Assembly: GCA_038496445.1 (NCBI GenBank)
Contig: JALMLS010000578.1
Coordinates: forward strand, 62,001 to 126,000
Source: Trichosphaerium sp. ATCC 40318
Lineage: Eukaryota; Protista; Tubulinea
Length of the DNA: 64,000 bases
Reading direction: 5' to 3'
Below the pieces are notes generated by a model. That model was not told the DNA's origin, ran no database searches, and was given only the letters and a program-made list of their open reading frames with translations. The position numbers and the translations under genes are program-made. Each line of letters begins with the position of its first letter. Positions within the stretch are counted from its first letter, which is position 1. Positions 11,861 to 24,931 of the stretch are shown here, piece after piece.

Positions 11861-14540
11861 ATGGATGAAGACGAGGTGTACTTCTACCAGCACACTTGGC
11901 CTAGCGGTACAAAATACGATGGGCAATTTCGTAAATCGTTGATGCATGGCCACGGCAAATTGACGTTTGCCAACGGCAACAGATACATCGGCGAGTTTAA
12001 AAAAGGTAAAAGGGACGGTAAAGGCACTTTTATATGGTCAGACGGCGAAAGATACGATGGGGATTTTGTATCTGGGCACAGAACAGGGTTTGGCGTGTAC
12101 TATTACAATAATGGCAATATATATTTTGGAGACTGGCTAGACGGCAAGAAACACGGTCAAGGCACACATCAGTACGCAAACGGCGACATTTATAGAGGTT
12201 GTTACGAGAATGGAAACAGAAGTGGATCTGGCGCTATGACGTTCGTAAATGGTAATACATTTGTTGGGCAGTACGCAAACGACAAAAGAAATGGAAAAGG
12301 TCGTTTTGAATGGGCAAGTGGCAATTTTTACGAAGGGCAGTTCAGAGACGATAAACGCGATGTACGTGATCAATTATCTTTATTTTGGAAGGCAAAACTT
12401 TCGCTTTTTTGGGTAAAATGCCAATTAAACCTTTAAAAAGGGCTCTGGTACATTCAAATGGGCGAGTAGTGGTACCATATATACTGGAGAGATGCGAGAA
12501 AATAAAAGAACCGGATACGGCAGTCTTGAGGTCGTTTCTCAAGGATTGCACTATAGAGGCGATTTCTTGGATGGTAAATTTCACGGTCAAGGTACTCTTG
12601 TTATTGCGAATTGCAATACGTACGAGGTAAGCAGTTTTTTTGACATGTGAAAAAAAAAATATCATAAATGTGTTGTTCGGAATGTTTTGGTATTGATCAC
12701 ACTACAAGGGCGGCTTTTATCAAGGAGAGAAGCATGGAACTGGAATTGCTTACAATGACACTACACAAGAACTTTATAAGGAACAGTGGCATTATGGCGA
12801 GTTGAGAAGCAGAAGACGAAGTATGTCATTTGTTCTTTTTTTCTTGTGGAAACTTTTCAAAAATTATGACTTACACTCCTTGCGCTATAGCCGTTCCTCA
12901 AGTTAGTGCTTGGCCATTCATGGTAGCAAAGTACAATATTCATAATAGTAATGCAACCATGAGAGTTAACAGAGGCTAGGGGAATGGATAAAGGTCAATT
13001 ACCCCGTGCTCACAGGAAAAAGAAAAAAAGCAAAAAAGTGGAGTTCAAAAATTACTTGCGTTTACCAGGTACAACTTTGCATCTATGCTACGAAACTAGA
13101 TTATTGATGAGTGTTTTTAATTAGATTCTTTCGCGAAACTACCTTATCTCAAGCATAAAATCTTCATTCACATTCTAGAATTTTTGGGACACGTGGTAAG
13201 CGCAAACATAATGTTTTATTTGCCTTTTTCCTCATTCCTCTGTTTTAGGATGTTTGTGAAAGTTGCTGTGTATCAAAAGGGTACGTTTGAAGCTTTGTTA
13301 ATGAGGCCCTCTGTATTTTAGTTGTTGTATAAGTATAATTAATTGTATTTGTGTAGATGGAATCTTGTCATTAGCGAAAATGATGTTTTGTGGGAAGTCA
13401 TGTGCAAGCGCCAGTGGAAAGAACTTTACTCATTTGCGACACCATTTATCCTTCCTGATTGGAAGACACTATTCATAGCAAGAAACGTGCGTCTGCAACA
13501 AAAAACGAGAAAAAAAGATTTACCCATTTGTTGTTGTATGCTTGCTGACTCCGTTTCTCTTGGTTTAGAATGTGTTTGCAAGAGATGATCAAAGAGAAGG
13601 TTGGGGTACATTCTATTGGCCAAATGGTAACAAGTACGTTGGAGAGTGGAAAGACAACAAGAGGTGTGGTACAGGTACGGCTTTTTTCCTGTTTCCTTGG
13701 TGTGCCAGTTGATTTGATTTTTTGTGAAGGCCTCATGTACTACAGCAACAAGGATATGTACCGTGGTGGCTTTAAGGAAGGTCGAAAACATGCTTGGGGC
13801 ATTTATGACTTTTTCAACGGTGGTCACTATGAGGGTTACTGGGATCGCGGTAGACTCCATGGTACGTACTTTTGAGGATGATTAAACATGTGAGCTAACA
13901 TGGTATGCTGTAAAGGACAAGTTAACGTTCGATACAACAGTGGCGATCGATTCTCTGGAGATTTTTTCAAAGGTGAAAAGACAGGTGAAGGATCTATGGA
14001 TTTTGCAAGAGGGTTAATAAAATCGTACACTGGTGAATGGAAGAGCGGCAAGCAAGAAGGGAAAGGCACTGAACTAGGAAGAGATGGTGAAGAGTATGAA
14101 GGTATCTTTATTAACGGTCAGAACACATCAAAACCTCAGCGTCTATCATACCATTACGCCTTTCCTGTACGTTTTTTTTTTCTTGAGGTATTGCAATGTG
14201 CTTTGGATTGATTTTTTTTACAGATAGAAGAGTGGATTGAAGCTGATTCTGATAGAAAACTTGCGCGTAAGAGACGCCGCCAATCTATTGCAAGAAAGCG
14301 TAGAAGGCAGCAAACACGTATGCGAAGTCATGATAGAAGCACATCTAGCATGCAGTAAGTACAGATCTTGTTTTTATTGTTTCTGTACAAAATTTCTTAC
14401 TTGGAATGTCAAGGAGTAATGGAAATGGTATGCATTCTCGCATTAAATCATCGTCCTCGTATGTGGACTCTGAAAGATCAGCGCAAAGACGTGAAGAAAC
14501 ATCAAAGCTTCAAGCAGCTTTCTCAGCTTCACGACACTAA
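11861..14540 (+). CDS. MORN-repeat protein with a central F-box and a second MORN block
   Basis: Many YxGxF..GKRxGxG repeats; spliced FAKLPYLKHKIFIHILEFLGHVDVCESCCVSKGWNLVISENDVLW is F-box-like. Confidence 0.88.
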
Positions 14541-15157
14541 GCGTCGTAACTACACCCTATTTTCTGCGTAATGTACCACAACGAAACAAAATAAGTTATT
14601 ATTACACGCGTATAAAGTACCTTTTTTTTTGGGCGAGTTTTCGCCCGTGCAACTTCTCTATGTGGTCAAGAACCCTCCAATATTTTTAGATATTCTGAGT
14701 TATTGATAACTCCTCGTAGTTTATTAAGGCCAAGGTGGCGTTGAGCACCATACCTAACAATGATGCCTTGATTTTTCGGTCTATTGGCAACATTTTACAG
14801 TTTACAACTTTTAAACGGTTTTGCAACGTTTTTCTTGAGTTCTGAAAAAAGAGCGCCTCAAAGCTAGCTTGTGCCAATAGCTCGTTTTTTCACAAAACAT
14901 GTCTACTTTTGTACTTGATTTCGTAGCTTTGTAGTATAGTTCGCGTAGAAAAGCCAGATAATCGAACTAGAAGGAAGTTCTATACTATTACGCCAGTGCG
15001 TTTAGTTTTCCTATTTTGGCCGCCTTTTAAAAGTCGGAGGGAGTTGTGTACACATTGCATGAGTTGTTGATAGACGTTTTAAGCAAAGAAAGAGACTATC
15101 CAAATATTTTATTTAAGTTTCTTTTTTTAATTTACATACTATTTACACGGCTTTTAA

Positions 15158-18100
15158 ATGAGCCACAACGCGTTCGGCGTTTTGAATACGCTTTCATTGT
15201 ACTGTTTTCTCTGTGTTGTACTGTTTCACTTTTCTGATGCCAATACACAAGCAGAACTTCCAGAACGCGCTGGAGGATGGTCCCTAGTTGTGGAAGGTAA
15301 GAACCAATCATTTTACGCTTTGTGGAGTTTACGTTGTGTAGAGGAACAGTTTCACTCTGAAACGGCTCTATTCAGTGCTCCGAACATCGACCAAATAACG
15401 GTAGCTCTTTGGCTAAAAAATACAATCCCAAGCAAGTTTGGGACAGTTTTCCAATACGTAAATAAAGACGCACATACGTCTACAGACGCGTTCGCTATCT
15501 ACTGGTACGAATAAATATAGCGTCATAACAAAATGATTTATGACTTTACCTCCTAGGTATTTTGATCTCTCAGTGGATATTCTAGACCAACGGTACGTTT
15601 ATCTCGTCACGAGTTTTTTAGGGAACAAGAGAAAAAAACGCAAATGCCTCAAACTCTAAGTTCTTTTGTAGTGTTTCTCTTTCTACAGACTCCCACACAA
15701 TATCCGATGGCCACTGGCATCATTTCGCAGTCACGTGGGAGAGCACAACGGGAGCAATGAAAATGTACCAAGACGGACAAATTTTACAAACTTCCACTGT
15801 TGTACGCTGAGGTTTTTTTATTTTTTTTACGTTTTTGCTTACTATTTATTTTAGGCCGTTGGTAAGCAAATACCAATGAGAGGACAAATATTCCTTGGCA
15901 AGGAGAGATATGGAGAGAAGTTTTACGGTCAATTAGATGAAGTTGTAATGTTCACAAAGGCTTTGACAGAATCAGAAATTGCTACACTTGCGAACCAAAA
16001 AATAGCTCTGACAGACCCAAATTATTCATCTGTGTTTGTATATTACGACTTTGACGATAGTGTCAACCCTTCCATAAGTTCTGATGGTACCACTCAGAGG
16101 TATTTATTCGCCTACTAATCATCCATGTAGCATCTGACAAAGGACCTCAGAACATACCAGGCCGTCTTGTTAATTCAAATGGTATATTTTTTTATTTTAT
16201 TTTACAGTGTATCCATACTGACATGTTTTCAAGGTGGTAATCGTAGAACTGTTTCTTTGATAAATATTGAATCTAGTCCACTCCATGTAATCAAAGTAGC
16301 TAGCGCTGGTTCTCAGGAAGTAATCAATTTACGTCCAACCAGTACGCGTATTACTAGCCTTGATGTTGTACTTACAGCAATCCTTTTACAGCTAGCTTAA
16401 GTGTACTCAGTTTGCCATCTCACGGAGATATTTTCACAAATACAATGGTTCCTCTCGCCAATGGAAATACGATTCCATCTCCTTTCACATTTGTATATGT
16501 TCCTCGAGTTTCTTTGACATCTCAAGTGTCAGATTCTTTCACTATGAATGTCGATGGAGAAAATACTACCGTATTGGTCTACCTTAATAGGTAATTTCGT
16601 CACTACGCTATAGTTTTCTGAATCACGTGTATAGGGCTCCTACTGCTCTAAATTTTGTGTTTGAAGGCCGTGAGGATGAAGATTCAGATATTGTTCTTGG
16701 AAGACGACTATATCCGGATTTAAAGGCAACTGGCTTCACGTGCGTATAATAATAACTCCATGGAACAGTATCACAACTGTTTATTGACTTTAAATAGGAG
16801 TGTTGATGCAGACAGCGATGATGTCATGGCGTACAGTGCGTATTGAATCTACCACACAAGCGTCTAACTGCTTGATAGTCACTCGTTCACCTGTAAATGG
16901 TGTTCTTAAATTGGCTGGCGATGTTGTACAAGGTCCTCTTCCTGTTGGTGGATTTTTCATTAATGACACTTCAATAACTGTATGTCTTAACTTGTTGGTA
17001 GTAAAGTGACTAACAAGTTGTGTTGTAGATAACGTACAAAGGTAACAGCCACTTGTTTGGAGAACAAATCGATTCTTTCTCGTACTTGTTGGAAGATATC
17101 AACGGTGCAAGATCTCAAGAAGAGAATGTCACCATTACTTTGCTTTCAGTACCAGACATACCAGCTGTCGATGTACGCCAGAGAGATAGCAAAATAAAGG
17201 TGTCATGCTTATTTTACGTATAGGCTTCGCAAGTATCGACTGATGAAGATACCGAAGTAGTGGTTACCATTTCTTGGATGTCTCTAGATAATGAAACACT
17301 GGGTATGGATATACTCTTATTTTTTTCTCAACTAAATGGTTGTTAGACGACGTTCTTCGTATTACACAACTTCCAACTCAAGGCCGCCTATTTCAGTATA
17401 ATGCTACAAGCCAAACACGTGGTGAAGAGATAATTTTGGGATCAACGGTTGAATTGGCTAAAGGGTGCTTACTTACCCAATAAAACAACAAATTTGCTAA
17501 GCTTCTTTTAAGTGCTTGGGCTAACTCATCCGCTTCGTCATCTTTTTGGGATGGTGCCTCAGGAAACTGGCACGTGGAACAACTAGAAGGCCCTGCCGAT
17601 ACCTTCCCTGCATACGGTGATATTCCAACTTCATGGGCTCCTTCTGGGCCCAATAGGGCAGAGTGGGTTGAAGTTACGTTTACTGAATCCGTTTTTCCAC
17701 AACAAATTGAGGTACGAGTTTTATTTTACTTGCTTTGAAGTATGATTTCTAACATTATTGTAAACCAGATATACGAAACCTACTACCCTGGTAATGTTGT
17801 GGATGTACTAGTATTCAACGAAGAAGTAAACAGATGGTTGTCCATCTCTAATCCAGAAACAAATGAGAATTTGTTCATCTCTGGTAAGCTAAATCTTTGT
17901 TACAGCTAAATGTGAACTTGTTTTTTAGGTCAATCTCGTGTGTTTTCACCAAACATATGCCCTATACCTTTCAAAACACGCAAAGTTCGTATTGAGACCC
18001 AGCCGGGTGGAGAGGGAGCATTTGTGGAGTTTGATGCTGTAAGACTTTGGGGCACATCTCAAATTGACAGGCAAGAACGAGAACAACCCTTTTTGCATTT

Positions 18101-20185
18101 GCCAAGGTGTCTAACATCAATATTACAGTTCTATTGTTACTGATCCACAAGGACGAGTTGTATACGTTCCAAACCAAGACGCCAACGGATTAGATACATT
18201 CAAGTATCTCGTAAACGATTGCAAGTACTATCTACGATTCAGGGACTTGGGTTTGTTAGACTCTCACGTCAACGTACGTCCAGCCCTTTAGGTTGCCACA
18301 AGAATTATTAACAAATATGGTGCTCTAGGTTACCATCAATCCTATTAATGACGTTCCTGTTATTATACCTACACCGATTGACACTACTCTGGAAGAGACA
18401 ACAAATATTGTGTTAGATATAGGCGATGTGGATAATGATGCGCTCAGTGTCACTATTACAAAGCTCCCAGAAGGGGGCACGTTACAACAACTTGGGAAAG
18501 CGCTCACAAACGTACCTGTTCAAGTACGATTTAAGAGTGTGACTATGTCGTTCTCATTCACTTTAGGTAAACGCAAGTACACTATCATATGTATCAGATA
18601 AGTCACAATGTGTCACATTGCAAGAAAAGGCTCAGGTTTACTTCAAATACCGCGTTTCCGATGGAATCCTCTCTTCAGATGAGGCGCAAGTGAATATCAC
18701 CATAAAGTGCATAAGTACGTATCTCTTTTGAGCGCACTAATTCTGGTTTTTAACTTTTTCTGTAGACTTTGTGAGTACACGCGAAGTGAGCGATAGCGTT
18801 TCGTACTCACTCATCGTCTGCTCGATAATTTGTGTGATTGCTGTATGCGTTGCTTTGTTCCTCGTATTCTATTGGAGAGACACGGCTACGATGATTCGCG
18901 TATCGCCTCTATTCTGCGCCTTGAATCTGGTTGGAGCATTATTGTTGTGCATAAGTCCAATCTTGCTTGCTTCTGAGGTAATCCTTTGCACTGTTTTATG
19001 CCTATTCTAACCAATTAAACCCTAGCTCAATACATGTATGCCATGGTCATGGTTTGCGTTGTTAGGCATTACTATGTTTGTGTCACCTATCATCGTAAAG
19101 ACATACCGTGTCGATAAGATATTCCACGCCAAGAAGATGATTGCAAAAGTAATCACAAACAAAGATCTCGCTCCAATGGCTACCATTTTAACTGTCATCC
19201 AACTTGTACGTGTACTATACTTCTATAATGTAAAATTAATGGCGTTTTAGCTATTGTTGATAGTATGGACAGCCGGATGGAGGCTTGAGAAGAAGCTATT
19301 TGACGTGCCTAATGTTCCATTTGAGAACGTCAAGATCTGTTCAGGCCGCTTTGATGTTGTATTCTGGGGCATTGAGGCTGTTTACGTGGCTGCCATACTC
19401 GTTGCAGGATGTGTACTTGGTACGCATTTTAAAGGACAACGGATAGTCACAGGCAGAGTCCTTTATTTACATTCTTTTTCATACCTTTTTTTAAGACTAC
19501 GGATGCCCTCTTATTGTTATTTTAGCGCTACGAACAAGGAACATTAATCTGGGTAGTTACAAAGAGACAAAGGAGATCCTGTTTGCTATATATAACTTCA
19601 GTTTTGTTATTATTATACTGACACCCATTGCCATCTTTTTACGTCATGATCCTAATACTTTCACAATAATTATTGGATTTGGTACTTTGTTCGCTACTAT
19701 CGTCAGCGTTTTAGGTAATGTTTATCACTATTTCTTGAAGCTAAACTCACTTTATCATAGCCTTGTATGTCATGAAGTTCTATCGTATTGCAGTTGGCGC
19801 TGAAAAGTTAACAAACAGAAGCAGCACATTGACTAATGGCACTGGCGGAGGTACGGATTGAAAGCAATTTTGTGTTTATGCGACAAGTGTCTATTTAGGC
19901 CAATTCTTGCGTCGTCAGCTCTTTAAAAGAAGAGTTATAGACTACAATAAGCGTATGTAGTACTCACTAATTATGTGTAGATACTACCAGGGTAAGTGGT
20001 GCCGTATCAGAGGCCAAAAATCATAACAACCACAAATCACATCGAAAACTTAAAAAATCTAAAGCTAAAAAAGTACGTTGGTCAAACAAGACCATTGTAC
20101 ACAATTGAGCGCTAAATGGTTTACCTTTTAGGCAGATACAGTGGTTGAGATATCCATGGATGAAGAACAATCCATAGATGCTTAA
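15158..20185 (+). CDS. Class C GPCR with LamG/pentraxin, cadherin-like Ig repeats and a discoidin/galactose-binding-like ectodomain
   Basis: Signal peptide; ISDGHWHHFAVTWES and FYGQLDEVVMF (LamG); INDVP..EE...DVDNDAL.VTITKLP.GGTL repeats; SWAPS..EWVEVTF..IEIYETY; 7TM VSPLF, IIVKTYRVDKIF, ETKEILFAIYN. Confidence 0.88.
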
Positions 20186-20458
20186 AATCCATTCTTTTTT
20201 GTACCGTCATGATTCAAAATGGCAACAGTACAAGCAACACTTATGCAGGCTTCGCACCTACTATTTTGTACAATAAAAATACTGCACTTTTGCACAAGAA
20301 AATGTTAGCATTAGTAACAATTTCTTTGGCTAAGGAAGTAAACCAAACACGTTTTAATAGAATCTAGAAAAACAAGTTGCACATATCGTTTTTATTTATA
20401 TTTTTTGTCACGTGACAGGTTTGCACATTAAGCACAAGTCAAACACTTATTTTCACCA

Positions 20459-21914
20459 ATGGAACGTACTGGTGAAGGCGAAGCTGGGTGCCCATCGAAT
20501 ACAAAGGATATTGGTAAAGCATCACAATGCGCACAATGTCCTGGAAAGCAGCTATGCCAAAAAATGTCGAACGGAAACCCAGGTGCAATAGGGTAGCTTT
20601 ACAGCAGCCTATTTACTAATATATAGCCCAAAAAAACGTAAATGTACGCATGAAGGCAATTGGCCGCAAGATACTTGTAATGTCCGGTAAAGGAGGTGAG
20701 TGCGCGTAATTGGCCACTGTTTAACGTCTACATAAATTTTCATTCGCTTTCCAACGGGTTTAATCAATTAAGGTGTTCAACTGGTTTACGCGGCGTAGGA
20801 GTTGGTAAATCAAGCGTTGCAAGCCAACTAGCAGTATCTTTGGCCAAACAAGGATTCAAAGTTAGTAAATAGCGCCACAATCACTATTTACATAATGGTT
20901 AGGTTGGACTAGCGGATTGCGATATAACAGGACCAAGTATACCGAGGTAGCATGCTTTTCTGAAAGAAAATAGGATTGATTGTTGATCAAAATATAGAAT
21001 GTTTGGCGTAGATAACGAACAAGTACTGCAAACTGCTTACGGTTGGCTACCTGTCCAATCCAAGAAATACCCTGAACTGCACATTGTATCGATTGGATTC
21101 CTCCTAAAGTCTACAGGTAACCCCATTTGGTGCTTGTAATGTAGGTTGCTTATGTTTTAAAATCTGAAGGATCTGCAGTTATTTGGAAAGGACCAAGAAA
21201 GACATCCATGATACAAAGATTCTTCAAAGATGTTTATTGGGGAAAGAAAGATTTCTTGATTGTAGATACACCGCCTGGCACTTCAGACGAACACTTGGCT
21301 ATTGCTGCTTCCCTCAATCCAACACTCAATTCTGAGTCAGGCGATGGTGTCGTGCTTGTTTCAACGCCACAAGAATTGTGCAGAGTAACAGTAGCAAAAC
21401 AGGTGCGTCATAAAATTACTCTACACCTTCTACTCACTTAGGGTTCGCGTAGATAAACTTCTGTAGAAAATCCTCACTGCCACTCATTGGTCTCATTGAG
21501 AATATGGCGTACTTTCAATGTCCTTGTTGTGAGGCACGTGCAATGATGGCTTTATTTGTTGATTTTTTGGTTACAGCAAAGTTGACTAAAAATGAGTGGT
21601 AGGAGAAAACGCCAATATTTGGTAAGCCTCAGATAAATGCCGCTTCCTTGGGCAAAGAATATGACATACCAATACTCGGTTCGCTTCCTTTTGACCCGGT
21701 ACACTTTTTCGCACTTGATTTTTGTCTGAATAGTTTTTTGACTGTTCATCTCGTTGGTTGTTTGACAGTTTTGATTTTTTTCTTTAACTACGCCCATCAC
21801 TTTGCTTGCTAACCCATATATCAGACTCTTTGTAAGGGCACTGACACGGGAGATGTTATACCTTTGAAAGTGTTGGACGATATATCAATAGCGTTGGTAA
21901 AGTCAACGCGCTGA
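20459..21914 (+). CDS. NUBP1: Cytosolic Fe-S cluster assembly P-loop NTPase NBP35/NUBP1
   Basis: N-terminal Cys cluster CP...[52 protein letters not shown]. Confidence 0.92.
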
Positions 21915-21985
21915 AGTGAATTCTATCTCATTTTTTTCTGGTTGTACAACACGTGATCAGAAAAGAGTTGTGTACTCATGAGTAT

Positions 21986-23708
21986 TCAGACTAAATTAGG
22001 TGGATTATCTTGTAACATTGGATCGTTGCTCTGGTATATTGGGTAGTCTGGTGATGGGGCAGTGACGGTAGCAACTTGCCCAGTACTCACCTACACAAAT
22101 GATAAGGTTGCGCAATAATATACAAAAAAAAAACCGGATAGTTTTGTAACAAATAATAAAACAATGCATACCAACAAGTGAGGTTCCCGTAAAGCTACTA
22201 ATTGGGTAATACAGTCATCAGTCACCGCTTTACCAACACTTGGTACCACTGCAAACAAGTTTTTAGCGTTATTGCGTTCATAGTCATCCAAGAGAACATC
22301 TGGTATGCGTCAGTATATACAAACCACTAATAAAACGCGATAATGCGACGTACTGTACGCTGCTACTTTGTGATCCGGGGTTGTCCTTAAAAAAGAACGA
22401 CTTGCCATAGCTAACCCGTCGAACAAGGCATCTACTGCTTGCCATTTGTACCTGAAATTGGTCCAGGCATTCATTAACCCTTTTTTGCAGATTGTGAGCG
22501 GCCACTATGAAACTTATGCTACGTACAGTATGGACTTGGTGAGTCATTGTAATAATTACCTATGAAATCACCACCTATTAGTCCTCGTTGGTTGACACCA
22601 TTCTCGTCTGTCCCCAGGTCTACATCTAGCCATAGTTCTACAAATAGTGTAAACATATACTACTTCTTGACCTTGATAGCGCTCGTTGGTGTACCTGACC
22701 GCCAGTAGCTTCCTAAACTCAAAAACCTAGGTATTGCTCCGAGATTTGCTTCTTCCGAGAGGTACTCTTCAGCAACAGTTGACACAGATCCCAAACGCCT
22801 ATACTGAGTTAATTCGAGTTACCATAACTCATAGTCGCACTGTTTTATGGTGTTCAGCCTGTCGAATACGCCCTCTCCTATCAATACCTTAACATGTGCA
22901 TGCCTGTTCTTGTATGCAAGAGAATATCGGGAAAGTCGAACTGATGGAACCACTACAGCCTAATAATACTTGTTACACCATAGTCAACCACCCAAAAGAT
23001 AATTCATTTGTTTTTTTACATACCTCAACAAATCCAATGTGCGACTCAATAAAAGCTAGCTCTTCCACCTTTAATAACCCAGGAGCATACATGAGTAAGT
23101 TGCCGTTATTCATCCGATAAATACCAATATTACGGTGTGCATCGAGCGGATTGTAACACTCTGGTCTTACCTGTCACATGTGTAAGTGCCATGCATCCAA
23201 AAAAAAAAAAAGATGTGTCACGTACAACCCACAACCGATTTGGGTACACCTCTTCGGCTCTGCGCCAACCTCGTGGTGCGTTTCGTATGTTCAAATGAAT
23301 GGGTCTGCCCTCCCATCTTTGTCCACGCTTTGGAGTGTACATGAGAATTCTCGACTATCACCACTGATATTGACGTACGATCCATTTTTGCCCTCTGTAA
23401 AAACCCCATATTATCAACAACCCAGCCATTAATCGCCTTTGACGGTAGAAAAAGCCAAAATACCTATTAGTGACAATCTTCTCCCACAGAAACGTGCTCT
23501 TATACACAGTATACTTCCAGCGTTGCTTGCTGAACACTTTGAGCGCGTAGGGTGTCAAAAATTTAAAGCCCCGTACAAGACGGCGACGCCTCCACTTCAA
23601 AAGCTCTTCGCCAAGCTGTTCCCTCGTTTTCGTGCCGTCATCCCTTGGTGGAGGTTCGTAACGCCTTTTCTTTTGGGTTTTAGGGCGTGCTTTTGGTGGA
23701 TCTTCCAT
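21986..23708 (-). CDS. DUF4336-like (metallo-beta-lactamase fold) protein with an N-terminal hydrophobic segment
   Basis: Spliced RNIGIYRMNNGNLLMYAPG...FIESHIGFVEAVVVPS resembles the DUF4336 pattern; the metal-binding His residues look degenerate. Confidence 0.5.
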
Positions 23709-23826
23709 GGTGGCTGTAGGCACTTGAATTTAATAATTGAAATCACTTTCTGCATGACTTACTCAAGACTTCTTTGTACGCCTTAATCCATATATTTTTA
23801 CCGTAAAAGCACTTGAAACACCACCA

Positions 23827-24802
23827 ATGGCAGAAAAAAGAAAGCGTACTCCAAACACTGTAACGTTTGTGACAGGAAACGCCAAAAAGCTTGCTGAGGT
23901 ACAAGCAATACTTGGTACATCGCTGCCACTCGTATCTGCCAACATAGATCGTGCGTCATGTCTATCTTCGTTGAACAGTTTTCAATACATTTTTTAGTAC
24001 CCGAACTACAAGGAGAACCAAATGAAATATCCATTGAGAAATGCAAATTGGCTGTTAAAGAGGTACGGCAAAAATAATACAGTTAAGCTCTAAATTAGCG
24101 TAGGTTGATGGACCAGTCATTGTAGAAGATACTTCATTATGTTTCAATGCGTTAAATGGAATGCCAGGTTAGTAAGCTATACTTCAATGGCGCGTAACTG
24201 TTTTTAAGGACCCTACATCAAATGGTTCTTAAAGAAGCTTGGTCACGATGGTTTAAATAAGATACTAGCTGGCTATGAAGACAAATCTGGGTACACAGAT
24301 CTTAAACCTTTCCGATTGTAACATCATACACTAGATATGCTATGTGCGTCTACACTTTCATGGCAGACAAGGATGCTGAGCCAATTACTTTCGTTGGAAA
24401 GACACCTGTACGTGTACACGTAAAACACATGGACAAACCAACAACGCTATTGCACCTTTTTGTTCAAATTCCTCGATTGTAGTTTTGTAATTTATTCTGG
24501 CTGACATTACTACCAAAGGGCAAGATAGTACCTCCTAGAGGCCCAAAGGATTTTGGATGGGATCCAATATTCCAACCTGACGGCTACGACAAGACGTACG
24601 CAAATACAGAGTTAGTGCATGTAGGCTCATTAACACTGGTACAGATACGCAGAATTAGATACTGATGTCAAAAACAAGATATCTCACCGTTACCGTGCTG
24701 TTGTCGCTTTACGCAAGTATTTATTGGTACGTGGTTTACTAGCAAGCAACAGCATTGTACTAACACACGTTATCACTGCAGGCAAATCCACAATTGCTTT
24801 AA
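23827..24802 (+). CDS. ITPA: Inosine triphosphate pyrophosphatase (HAM1 family)
   Basis: [58 protein letters not shown]. Confidence 0.98.
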
Positions 24803-24931
24803 GTTCTGTACCAATAAACTTAACTTCATTTTGGAAAAATGTCAATATTTGGTCTTTTTCTGTAACTACATAATTTTTTACGTGTTTGTGGGATAAACCC
24901 GACCTTGCCCATTATTGCCCAAACTGTTTTA

